A DNA stretch of 32,000 nt, taken from positions 69,856 through 101,855 of the forward strand of contig SFIM01000004.1 of NCBI GenBank assembly GCA_004556155.1, given 5' to 3'. Under the pieces are notes generated by a model, which was given only the letters and a program-made list of their open reading frames with translations, did not search any database and was not told the DNA's origin. Positions within the stretch are counted from its first letter, which is position 1, and each line of letters starts with the position of its first letter. Shown here one piece after another: positions 15,860 to 27,009 of this stretch. This DNA is from Clostridiales bacterium. GTDB taxonomy: Bacteria > Bacillota > Clostridia > Christensenellales > Aristaeellaceae. Made by a program: the position numbers and the translations under genes.

Positions 15860-16348
15860 TTGTTCAATCCCGGAGATTATGTCATATATGGAGACAGCGG
15901 CTTTTGCCGTGTTGAACAGGTGGCCGTGCCGGATTTTGATACCTTTGAAAAGGGCAAGCCGTACTATTTTTTGCGTTCGGAAGCAGATGGAAGTCGTATT
16001 TACACGCCGGTAGACACGCATCAGCCCTTGCGTGCGCCCGTGACTCAGGCCGAGGCCGAAGCGCTGCTGTCGCAGCTTCCTGCCATGCAGACCTGTCCGG
16101 CCACTGCCCATGACCGCAAAACCGTGCTGCTGCATTACCGGCAGCTGATGCAGCCCCACACCTGCCAAGCGCTGGCCTGCACCGTCAAGAGCATCCTATG
16201 TCAGCATCATGGCGCCTTGTCGCGCATTCCCAGCGCGGAGCAGGAAATTCTGAAAAAAGCCGAGCAGTTGCTTGTTTCCGGGTTAAGCGCAGCGCTGAAC
16301 CTATCGTATAATGAAACACAATCGCGCGTAAGAAAAGCCATGCAATAA
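15860..16348 (+). CDS. CarD/CdnL/TRCF-domain family transcriptional regulator
   Basis: The start is TTG, with AAGGAGG 9 nt upstream. The N-terminal Tudor-like motif is FNPGDYVIYGDSGFCRVEQV...KPYYFL....GSRIYTPVD, as in CarD_CdnL_TRCF proteins. Confidence 0.7.
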   Translation: MFNPGDYVIYGDSGFCRVEQVAVPDFDTFEKGKPYYFLRSEADGSRIYTPVDTHQPLRAPVTQAEAEALLSQLPAMQTCPATAHDRKTVLLHYRQLMQPHTCQALACTVKSILCQHHGALSRIPSAEQEILKKAEQLLVSGLSAALNLSYNETQSRVRKAMQ

Positions 16349-16374
16349 GCCCCGCCTGACGGCGGGGCCCTTTT
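16349..16374. terminator. Bidirectional terminator hairpin between convergent genes
   Basis: GCCCCGCC-tgac-GGCGGGGC forms an 8-bp stem, followed by cc-tttt. Confidence 0.75.
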
Positions 16375-16555
16375 AATTGTCGGTGGGGCGGAATTTGCCG
16401 GGCTTGGGCTGCGGATGCACGTTCATCATGCGCCGCACCGGCTGGGTATCCTCATCCGCCGGCATAGCGGGCAGCATGCCCGTCCATTCGTTGGCCGAGG
16501 CCACGGTTTCCATATCGTCGATCGGGCGGTTTGATCTTTTCCAATGCTCGCTCAT
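16373..16555 (-). CDS. Small hypothetical protein (60 aa)
   Basis: The internal ATG at 16555 has a GGAGGTGAGG SD 5-6 nt upstream. The product is MSEHWKRSNRPIDDMETVASANEWTGMLPAMPADEDTQPV..., hydrophilic and matching no family I recognise. Confidence 0.45.
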   Translation of the reverse strand: MSEHWKRSNRPIDDMETVASANEWTGMLPAMPADEDTQPVRRMMNVHPQPKPGKFRPTDN

Positions 16556-16640
16556 TTGCCTCACCTCCTGCATCAGTATGCGCACATCCGCACCGCGCAT
16601 GCGCGCTGGAATATGCTGATAAAGAAGGGAGGAAACCGCG

Positions 16641-16895
16641 ATGCAGCCGGTATTATGGATGGTGCTGGGCGCGCCGGCCGGCTTTCTGGCGCGTTTTTTG
16701 CTGGGCTGCAGCACCCGCAAATGGCATTGGAACATCCTGTGCGGCACGCTGGGCGCGGCGTTGGCAGCGCAAATAGCGCGCTATTGCGGCTGGCCGCCGC
16801 TGAATAAAGCAAATTTCTATGGTTTTATGCTTGCCATTGTGGGCGCATGCCTGGTTCAAGGCGTGGCGCTGCTGATTGGCAAAAGGCTGGAATAA
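16641..16895 (+). CDS. GlsB/YeaQ/YmgE family (transglycosylase-associated) small membrane protein
   Basis: A GGGAGG SD is present. The 84-aa product has three Gly-rich TM segments (VLGAPAGFLARFLLG.., ILCGTLGAALA.., MLAIVGACLVQGVALLIGK). Confidence 0.75.
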   Translation: MQPVLWMVLGAPAGFLARFLLGCSTRKWHWNILCGTLGAALAAQIARYCGWPPLNKANFYGFMLAIVGACLVQGVALLIGKRLE

Positions 16896-16902
16896 TAAAA
16901 CT

Positions 16903-16925
16903 GGGGCAGCCCATCCGGCTGCCCC
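16903..16925. terminator. Bidirectional terminator hairpin
   Basis: GGGGCAGCC-catcc-GGCTGCCCC forms a 9-bp stem. An A-run lies upstream (a T-run for the minus-strand gene that ends at 16935). Confidence 0.7.
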
Positions 16926-16934
16926 TTCGTGCGC

Positions 16935-17549
16935 TTACTTTTCTATGTACCCTTCCGGCAGTTCATGCACGGCTTTGAAGTTGTGCTGCGCATGCACGGT
17001 AGTTTCATTCTTTTCAATCAGTGCGCCGTCCTGATCATAAACCAGTTCGCTCACATAGGTGATTTCAATGTCGCCGCCCGTAACATACACAGCGCATTTG
17101 TTCCGGCCAGCCTCGATCTTCAGGTCAGAATCCTCAACGCTGATTTGCGCCTCGATTCCGCAAATGTTCAAGTAATCCTGGCTCGTTTCGTAAATGGGGT
17201 AATCTTCCAGATCGAAGCAGCCGCCAGTATAGCCAAGCTGCTCGCTCACAAAGAGGATATAGCGGTATGTAATCTCAATGATCGGCAGTTCATAGCTTCC
17301 CAGCTCCACCCGGCCATCGGCGGTATCCTGATACAGGATAATGGGCAGCACCACCTGATCCAGCGCGCGATGAATCTCCGCGCTGTTGGTATCGCCAGCG
17401 TAGATCTGCTTTACCTTTTGAAGCTGCAATTGCAGCTTCTCCAAATCAGACAGTTCGTTGCTGTTGGAGGAGATCGCCTCGGAGGCCGAAGCCAGGCAAG
17501 GCAGGACGATGATCATCAGTGCCAGTAGGACAAGCAGCAACCGTTTCAT
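16935..17549 (-). CDS. Secreted hypothetical protein (204 aa) in a visibly more AT-rich patch
   Basis: The start is reassigned to the ATG at 17549 (AAAGGAGGG SD). The signal peptide is MKRLLLVLLALMIIVLPCLASA|SE. No family was recognised. Confidence 0.7.
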   Translation of the reverse strand: MKRLLLVLLALMIIVLPCLASASEAISSNSNELSDLEKLQLQLQKVKQIYAGDTNSAEIHRALDQVVLPIILYQDTADGRVELGSYELPIIEITYRYILFVSEQLGYTGGCFDLEDYPIYETSQDYLNICGIEAQISVEDSDLKIEAGRNKCAVYVTGGDIEITYVSELVYDQDGALIEKNETTVHAQHNFKAVHELPEGYIEK

Positions 17550-17668
17550 GGTGTTCCCTCCTTTAGTGGGTAAAATATGGTCGTTTTGTAAATGCATTAT
17601 AGCATCAATTGCACAGAAGAGCAACTACCGACCGAAATTATTCGCTATTTTGCCATAATAATTTACAT

Positions 17669-17697
17669 TTGTATCGCCGCGCGATTTTTGTTATAAT
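17669..17697 (+). promoter_or_regulatory. Sigma-A-type promoter of the radical SAM gene
   Basis: TTGTAT (17669-17674), 17 nt, TATAAT (17692-17697), with a TG-n extension at 17689-17691. Confidence 0.55.
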
Positions 17698-17725
17698 AAA
17701 TTAAATACCTTTTGGAGGGTTTGCC

Positions 17726-18829
17726 ATGCCGCCGCTCAATTTGCTGATCAAACCTGCCTCCGGCCGCTGCAACATGCGTTGCCGCTACTGCTTTTATGCC
17801 GATGAAACGGCTCATCGTGAAGTAGACGATTACGGGCTGATGCCCGAGGATGTGCTGGAAGCCATGATCCGCAAATCCCTGGCTCATGCCGAGGGTGCGT
17901 GTACCTTTGGCTTTCAGGGCGGCGAGCCGACGCTGCGCGGGCTGGATTTCTTCCGCCGCGCAGTAGAGCTGCAACAAAAATACAACGTCAACAACGTGCG
18001 CATCGACAACGCTCTGCAAACCAACGGCACGCTGATTAACGAGGAATGGGCGCAATTCTTTGCGGACAACAGGTTCCTGATCGGCCTATCGCTGGATGGC
18101 ATGGCGGGCCTGCACAATAAAAATCGCCCCGACGCGCGCGGCGAGGGCACGCTGCGCCGGGTGCTGGATACCGCCCAGCTGCTGCGCCGCCACGACGTCA
18201 CCTTTAATGTGCTCACCGTTGTCACCAACGATACGGCGGACAAGCTCGACCTGGTATATGATTTCTTTGCCCGGCATGATCTGCGCTGGCAGCAATACAT
18301 TCCCTGCCTGGATGCCTTCGGCGAAAATCAGGGCTGGCTGACAGTGGACAAGTACGCGCAGTTTTTGTGCCGCCTGTTTGATCGCTGGGCCGAGGATGTG
18401 ATGCAGGGACGGTTCATCTACATCCGCCAGTTTGAAAACTACCTGGGCATGCTGTTGGGCCGCCCTCCCGAAAGCTGCGGCATGATGGGCTGCTGCGGCA
18501 TGCAGTACACCGTGGAAGCCGACGGCAGCGTATATCCCTGCGATTTCTATGTGCTGGACGCCTACCGCCTGGGCAGCTTTGTGACCGATGATTTTGACGC
18601 ACTGGATGAAAAACGCCATGCGCTGCGCTTTGTGGAGGATTCCGCCGAGAAAGACGCGGAGTGCCTGAAGTGCCGCTACTATCCGCTGTGCCGCGGCGGC
18701 TGCCGCCGTGACCGCGACGACGGCACAGGGCATCTTTCCCGCACGCGCTTTTGCAGCGCCTACATGAAGTTCTTTGATTATGCGCTGCCGCGCCTTCAAC
18801 ACATCGCCGCGCGCTGCGCCAATCGCTAA
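17726..18829 (+). CDS. Radical SAM/SPASM enzyme of the anaerobic sulfatase-maturating enzyme (anSME) type
   Basis: The start is LLIKPASGRCNMRCRYCFY, containing the CxxxCxxC motif. The middle has FGFQGGEPTL and LQTNGTLI. The SPASM Cys clusters are SCGMMGCCGMQYTVEADGSVYPCDFYV and CLKCRYYPLCRGGCRR. It is nearly colinear with clostridial anSME as I remember it. Confidence 0.88.
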   Translation: MPPLNLLIKPASGRCNMRCRYCFYADETAHREVDDYGLMPEDVLEAMIRKSLAHAEGACTFGFQGGEPTLRGLDFFRRAVELQQKYNVNNVRIDNALQTNGTLINEEWAQFFADNRFLIGLSLDGMAGLHNKNRPDARGEGTLRRVLDTAQLLRRHDVTFNVLTVVTNDTADKLDLVYDFFARHDLRWQQYIPCLDAFGENQGWLTVDKYAQFLCRLFDRWAEDVMQGRFIYIRQFENYLGMLLGRPPESCGMMGCCGMQYTVEADGSVYPCDFYVLDAYRLGSFVTDDFDALDEKRHALRFVEDSAEKDAECLKCRYYPLCRGGCRRDRDDGTGHLSRTRFCSAYMKFFDYALPRLQHIAARCANR

Positions 18830-18922
18830 TGCCTGCACTGCCGGGGTGGGGCGGCTTTTCCCCGTCCCGGCAACCGGCAAAATAAAATTACAATTATTTT
18901 TCGATTTTCCGTAAAAAAGTAC

Positions 18923-18951
18923 TTGCAATTTTTCTCAAAGTGCGCTATAAT
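18923..18951 (+). promoter_or_regulatory. Sigma-A-type promoter of tRNA-Arg
   Basis: TTGCAA (18923-18928), 17 nt, TATAAT (18946-18951). It lies about 34 nt upstream of the tRNA 5' end. Confidence 0.7.
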
Positions 18952-18984
18952 ATACAAGCTGTCAGAGAGACAGCCACCAGCAAT

Positions 18985-19061
18985 GCGCCCCTAGCTCAGC
19001 TGGATAGAGTGTTTGACTACGAATCAAAAGGTCGTGGGTTCGAATCCCGCGGGGCGCGCCA
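18985..19061 (+). tRNA. tRNA-Arg (anticodon ACG), CCA encoded
   Basis: The cloverleaf was folded by hand. The acceptor is GCGCCCC/GGGGCGC, the D arm GCTC-AGCTGGATA-GAGT, the anticodon stem TTTGA/TCAAA with loop CT-ACG-AA, and the T arm GTGGG-TTCGAAT-CCCGC. The discriminator is G, followed by CCA. Confidence 0.95.
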
Positions 19062-19062
19062 C

Positions 19063-19096
19063 AAAGGAACTATCTGAAAAGATAGTTCTTTTTTTG
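19063..19096 (+). terminator. Intrinsic terminator after tRNA-Arg
   Basis: GAACTATC-tgaaaa-GATAGTTC forms 8 bp and is extendable. It is followed by ttttttt. Confidence 0.85.
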
Positions 19097-19133
19097 TTGT
19101 CATTCTTTTGCATTCCTATCGTCATGGCAGCAC

Positions 19134-19165
19134 AAAAACGCCGGGGAGCCTTTCGGCTCTCCGGC
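19134..19165 (-). terminator. Intrinsic terminator of the PFOR gene
   Basis: On the minus strand, GCCGGAGAGCC-gaaa-GGCTCCCCGGC forms 11 bp with one A:C mismatch. It is followed by gttttt. Confidence 0.65.
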
Positions 19166-19193
19166 GCATTGTTTATTGCAGATCGCAGCGCGA

Positions 19194-22787
<3,594 letters not shown>

Positions 22788-22824
22788 TCAGGTGGCATAG
22801 CAATACCAACTATACCAACAATAT

Positions 22825-22854
22825 ATTATAGATACACCCCCTCCCCTTTGTCAA
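22825..22854 (-). promoter_or_regulatory. Sigma-A-type promoter of the PFOR gene
   Basis: On the minus strand: TTGACA (22854-22849), 18 nt, TATAAT (22830-22825). This leaves a roughly 70-nt 5' UTR. Confidence 0.65.
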
Positions 22855-22925
22855 GGGCAACCATAATTTAGGCGGCAATTTACGGGGAATTTATCGTATG
22901 AATTGTAACAACACTCAAAAACCGC

Positions 22926-22954
22926 TTGACATTTAGTAAGACATGCTGTAGTAT
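22926..22954 (+). promoter_or_regulatory. Sigma-A-type promoter of the blaI/blaR1-like operon
   Basis: TTGACA (22926-22931), 17 nt, TAGTAT (22949-22954). Confidence 0.65.
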
Positions 22955-22959
22955 TGTAT

Positions 22960-22976
22960 TAAGACACGGTGTCTTA
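22960..22976. promoter_or_regulatory. Candidate BlaI-family operator (palindrome)
   Basis: TAAGACAC-g-GTGTCTTA has perfect 8-bp arms and sits 6 nt downstream of the -10. A related half-site, TAAGACA, lies inside the spacer at 22937-22943. Confidence 0.45.
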
Positions 22977-23000
22977 TTACATGCATGGAGGAATTAACCA

Positions 23001-23390
23001 ATGAAAGCTCAGCGCCTGCCCGACAGTGAATTTGACCTGATGCAAACCATATGGGATCAGCAGCCCCCGGTGACGACCGGTCTGCTGATGGATCTGATTG
23101 GCCGCAGCCGCAATTGGAAGGTGCAAACGGTGGTGACGCTGCTGGCGCGCCTGACCGAGCGCGGCTTTCTGCGCGTGGAAAAGGGAAGCGGCCGCGAGCG
23201 CGCCTTCTACCCCATCATCTCCCGCGACGAATACCTGCGCATGGAAACCGAGAATTTTCTGGAGCATTACCATCACAAAAGCGTGCACAGCCTGATCGCC
23301 GCGCTGGCGGGCGACCGCCTGTCCGATCAGGATCTGGACGAGCTGAGCGACTTTGTGCGCAAGGCCAGAGAGAGGAGCGAGGGCAAATGA
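23001..23390 (+). CDS. BlaI/MecI/CopY family transcriptional repressor
   Basis: The winged helix is typical of the family: SEFDLMQTIWDQQPPVTTGLLMDLIG...WKVQTVVTLLARLTERGFLRVEKGSGRERAFYPIISRDEY. A GGAGGA SD is present. The stop overlaps the next ATG (ATGA at 23387-23390). Confidence 0.9.
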   Translation: MKAQRLPDSEFDLMQTIWDQQPPVTTGLLMDLIGRSRNWKVQTVVTLLARLTERGFLRVEKGSGRERAFYPIISRDEYLRMETENFLEHYHHKSVHSLIAALAGDRLSDQDLDELSDFVRKARERSEGK

Positions 23391-26300
23391 CCGCCTGGCT
23401 ATCCACCCTGTTAGCCTTCGCGCTGACAGTATCGGCAGTTACACTGTGCGCATTGGTGCTTACGCCCATGCTGCGCAACCGGATTAGCGCCCGCAGCCTG
23501 TACCTGGCCTGGCTGGCCGTGCTGGTCTGCGCGCTGATTCCCATCCGCCCATTCTCTCCGCGCCCGGCTGTCACCCTGTCCCCCGCGCCTGTGGCGCGCG
23601 CCGTGGAGGTGCCCGTGTTCGCCCCGCGGCAAACGGACACGCCTGTTACCCCAGTCTCGCAGCTTGCCGCCGCGGACTTCGTGCCTGTCTATACAGGCAG
23701 CACGGTGTCTGCGTCCAGCGCAGTTCAGCCTGCCCGTACCCTGCAATGGAGCACGGTGCTGTGCATGGTTTACCTGACGGGCGCTGCGCTGATGCTGCTG
23801 GGCAGTCTGGCCCACCACGCGCGCTATCTGCGTATGCTGCGCCGCTGGCGAAAGCCGATAAGCGACCGCCGTATTCTGGCGCTCTACGATGCGCTGCGCG
23901 ATGAAATGGGCATACGCCGCGCCATTCCCATCTACCTTTGCCAGGCAGTCGACAGTCCCATGATCGCAGGCATTTTCCGTCCCTGCATTCTGCTGCCGGA
24001 GAACCATCTGAACCTGAGCGAACTGCGTCTGGTGCTGCGGCACGAGCTGACGCACTATCAGCGCGGGGATCTGTATGTAAAGCTGCTGGAGCTGCTTTGC
24101 GTCAGCCTGCACTGGTATAATCCGCTGATCTACCTGGCGCGCCGCGAAATCGATTACGCTTGTGAAGCGTCCTGCGACGAGCGGGTGATGCGCGGCGCAT
24201 CGCTGGATGATCGCCAGTACTACTCTGAAACCATCATCACCGTGATCCGCCGCCAGCGTGCGCGGGGAACGGTGCTGTCTACCAGCTTCTATGGAGGTAA
24301 AAGAGGCATGAAAAACCGAATTCTTACCATTATGGATACCCGCGCGCGGCGTTTGGGCGCGCTGCTGCTGTGCCCGGTGCTGGTGATGGCGCTGGCCTTC
24401 AGCGTGGCCTTCGCCGCCGAGCCGCCCGCTGCGGGCAATGACAGGGACGTACCCAGCCTGGCCGCGCTGATGCAGGATCCCAGCCAGCCCATGACCGAGG
24501 ACGAGGCCTACGAAAAGGGGCTGCAGCTGCTTCAGGCTGTGCGCGGCAGCGATTTCCCCGCGGATGCTTCCGCCGAGCGCGCGGGCGTGGCCTTTACCAC
24601 AGCCATCTTCGGCAGCGTCACCCTGCCGGTAGTGCGGGCGGATATCCGCGTGCAGGGCAGCGGCCGCTATGCCGTCAGCTACTGGCACGCCTACCTGTCC
24701 GCCGCGACGGGCGAAGGGCTGCTGCTCACCTGCTCGGGCGAGGAGGCCTCCGCCGATCAGGAATTTGCCGCGCCCTACTATCTTCATCCCATGCTGGAGG
24801 ATAACCAGGAGCAGCGCGCATTGTTTGCCACCCTGCCCCGCGCGGCCTATGTAAGCAACGCCGCCGCGCCCTCCGCCAATTTCAGCGAAGGCCCCACCGA
24901 TTACACCTGGCCGCAGGGCACCTGCCTGAACGGAACGCCCGTCACCGTGACCGAGCTGCACCTATCGGGCAACAACGTGCCCAAGGCGCTGACCGAGGCA
25001 AAGCTGATCTACTGGGGCAAAATCACCGTGGGCGCAACAAAGGACAGCCCCGGCGTGGATGGCTCCTGGATCCCGCTGTGCGCGCTGACCTTCGCCGATG
25101 AAATGACGGGCGCGCCCGCCACCCTGCCCGCCGGCACGGTAACAACCGACGCGGCCACGGGCCAGGTAAGCCTGTACGCCGCCTGCGACCGGGACAAGGG
25201 TGTGGTCACGGTGCTGTCCAAGGGAACGCAGGTGGAGGTGCTCAGCCGTCTGGCGCAGTTCTATCAGGTGCGGGCAGGCAAGGATTACGGCTTCCTGCCC
25301 ATCGAAAACCTGGCCTTTAATACCGCCACGCAGGCGCTGATGGACAGCATCGTGCCCGAGCATTTTGACGAGATTCAGCCCGGCATGCGGGAAAAGTACG
25401 ATGAATTCATGAACCGCATCACCGCCCTGTGGGATGAGTACGGCGACAGCAACGAATGGCCGCTGGAGATCAAGGCCAAAGCCACGCAGATCCGCCTGGA
25501 TTACGGCTTTGACGCCGATCTGCCCGCCCGCAACATCCTGCCCGGCGAGGGCGATATGACGCTGGAGCAGGCGACCGCCTTTGCCGACGCGCACATAAAA
25601 GAGCGCTACGGCATGACGGAGGCGGATTTCGTCTATCGCCGCTACAGCTTCTATTACGAGCCCGACGCCCCCGATGTGCATCTGTGGAACGTGTATTACG
25701 TTGCCCGCACCGGGCTGCGCAACTGCGCCGTTACCTTCAATCAGCAGGGCGAAATCCTCCGTGATTTTCAGAATTCCTATACCAACGGCAGCGGCCCGGA
25801 CGATTTGGACATGAAGCAGCCCGGCTACTATATCGATTATGGCAAGCCTATGGCGTATACCGAGGACGACGAAGCCCTCGCTGCGCTGGATACCGCCTGG
25901 CAGACGCTGGAGGCTACGGTGGACGACGGCCAATTCAGACAGGAGGATTATACCGTCCGGCAGGAGCTGTGCCGCGATATCTGCCCGGATAACGACGGCA
26001 GCCTGACCTGGTGGCGGTTTACCTTCTGCAGAGACGATGAGGAAGCCGAGTTTTATGTGATTGTCGTGCGCGGGGATGAAGAAAGGGTGATTTCCAGCAA
26101 CGCGGAAGACTACGCTTACAATCGCCGATATGAGGCTGCCAGCAAGCGCATGGCGCAGGAGGAGGCCCTGCGCGGGCCGTACTACACCTGGTCGGTCGAG
26201 GAAAAGGCGGAAGCCGCATCGTGGGCGCACGAGGCCAACGCTGTCCTGCCGACCAAGCAGGATATCCCGCAGAAAAAGGCGCAGGAAATCGCCCTGGCTT

Positions 26301-26536
26301 ACGCCGTCGAACAGACGGGTGATAAGCTTGAGAAGCTTGCCAACCTGCCGTGCTATTTCTACTTTGAAACGGCGGAATGGTATGAGAACATCAATCCAGC
26401 CAAAACCATCTGGCGCGTGGATATCAATATCAGCCATGGCTATGACGATGGCATGGTGGATTATCTGTCGGTGATCATGGATTCCCGCAGCGGCGAGATC
26501 CTGGAATATTGGGACAGCCGGGTAAGCAACGGCTGA
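23387..26536 (+). CDS. BlaR1-like M56 family membrane metalloprotease/sensor with a roughly 700-aa atypical extracytoplasmic region
   Basis: The start is reassigned to the ATG at 23387; the upstream part of ORF 23051..26536 is the blaI region read in another frame. The N-terminus is multi-TM. The zinc motif is HELTHYQRGD (24041-24055), and a further TM segment (LGALLLCPVLVMALAFSVAFAA) follows. After that comes a long soluble region with PepSY-like and SH3-like segments, judged by eye. Confidence 0.85.
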   Translation: MTAWLSTLLAFALTVSAVTLCALVLTPMLRNRISARSLYLAWLAVLVCALIPIRPFSPRPAVTLSPAPVARAVEVPVFAPRQTDTPVTPVSQLAAADFVPVYTGSTVSASSAVQPARTLQWSTVLCMVYLTGAALMLLGSLAHHARYLRMLRRWRKPISDRRILALYDALRDEMGIRRAIPIYLCQAVDSPMIAGIFRPCILLPENHLNLSELRLVLRHELTHYQRGDLYVKLLELLCVSLHWYNPLIYLARREIDYACEASCDERVMRGASLDDRQYYSETIITVIRRQRARGTVLSTSFYGGKRGMKNRILTIMDTRARRLGALLLCPVLVMALAFSVAFAAEPPAAGNDRDVPSLAALMQDPSQPMTEDEAYEKGLQLLQAVRGSDFPADASAERAGVAFTTAIFGSVTLPVVRADIRVQGSGRYAVSYWHAYLSAATGEGLLLTCSGEEASADQEFAAPYYLHPMLEDNQEQRALFATLPRAAYVSNAAAPSANFSEGPTDYTWPQGTCLNGTPVTVTELHLSGNNVPKALTEAKLIYWGKITVGATKDSPGVDGSWIPLCALTFADEMTGAPATLPAGTVTTDAATGQVSLYAACDRDKGVVTVLSKGTQVEVLSRLAQFYQVRAGKDYGFLPIENLAFNTATQALMDSIVPEHFDEIQPGMREKYDEFMNRITALWDEYGDSNEWPLEIKAKATQIRLDYGFDADLPARNILPGEGDMTLEQATAFADAHIKERYGMTEADFVYRRYSFYYEPDAPDVHLWNVYYVARTGLRNCAVTFNQQGEILRDFQNSYTNGSGPDDLDMKQPGYYIDYGKPMAYTEDDEALAALDTAWQTLEATVDDGQFRQEDYTVRQELCRDICPDNDGSLTWWRFTFCRDDEEAEFYVIVVRGDEERVISSNAEDYAYNRRYEAASKRMAQEEALRGPYYTWSVEEKAEAASWAHEANAVLPTKQDIPQKKAQEIALAYAVEQTGDKLEKLANLPCYFYFETAEWYENINPAKTIWRVDINISHGYDDGMVDYLSVIMDSRSGEILEYWDSRVSNG

Positions 26537-26618
26537 TACCCTGCCGGCCCGCGTCTGCGTCTCTGCGGCGGGGCGCGGGCCAGATTGCATATTTCCCGCA
26601 AAAAGGTGAAAAAAATAC

Positions 26619-26647
26619 TTGCTTTTACCAGATTGTTGTGGTAATAT
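26619..26647 (+). promoter_or_regulatory. Sigma-A-type promoter of rpsT
   Basis: TTGCTT (26619-26624), 17 nt, TAATAT (26642-26647). Confidence 0.6.
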
Positions 26648-26700
26648 ATTCGATGCTGGTCCATAGCGTCCGGCACCAAGACTTACAGGAGGCGAAGGAA

Positions 26701-26958
26701 GTGCCGAACATTCAGTCTGCCAAGAAGCGCGTGAAGGTGAGCGAAACCAAGAACCTGCGTAACCGTATGGTAAAGAGCGGCGTCAAGACGTCTATCCGCA
26801 AGCTCAATGCGGCCATGACCGAGGGTGCTGATGCTGCCGCTACGCAGTATGTCGCCACGACTTCCGCGATTGATAAAGCGGTAGCCAAGGGCATCATCCA
26901 CAAGAACGCGGCCAACCGTAAAAAGGCTCGTCTTGCCAAGATGATTGCGAAGGCGTAA
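26701..26958 (+). CDS. rpsT: 30S ribosomal protein S20
   Basis: The start is GTG at 26701, with AGGAGG 8 nt upstream. The product begins (M)PNIQSAKKRVKVSETKNLRNRMVKS and ends ..IHKNAANRKKARLAKMIAKA, typical of S20. Confidence 0.92.
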   Translation: MPNIQSAKKRVKVSETKNLRNRMVKSGVKTSIRKLNAAMTEGADAAATQYVATTSAIDKAVAKGIIHKNAANRKKARLAKMIAKA

Positions 26959-27009
26959 TCAACAAATCTCTACTCGTCATTATCACGGCAGTGTATAGTA
27001 CGGCGCGCG

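Noticed and set aside
23051-23386. N-terminal 112-aa extension of the BlaR1-like ORF (the track starts it at 23051)
   Set aside because: This stretch is the blaI coding region read in another frame. The ATG at 23387 overlaps the blaI stop (ATGA) and is immediately followed by the first TM segment, as in other blaI-blaR1 pairs.
26546-26581. GC-rich hairpin GGCCCGCG...CGCGGGCC after the BlaR1-like stop, considered as an intrinsic terminator
   Set aside because: The stem is real (8 bp), but no T-run follows it (the next bases are agattgcat). I therefore do not list it as a terminator feature. It may still act as a weak or factor-dependent stop upstream of the rpsT promoter.
23411-26590. 516-aa and 542-aa minus-strand ORFs opposite the BlaR1-like gene
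   Set aside because: They are antisense to a gene with clear TM segments and an HExxH motif. They have no SD and low-complexity translations.
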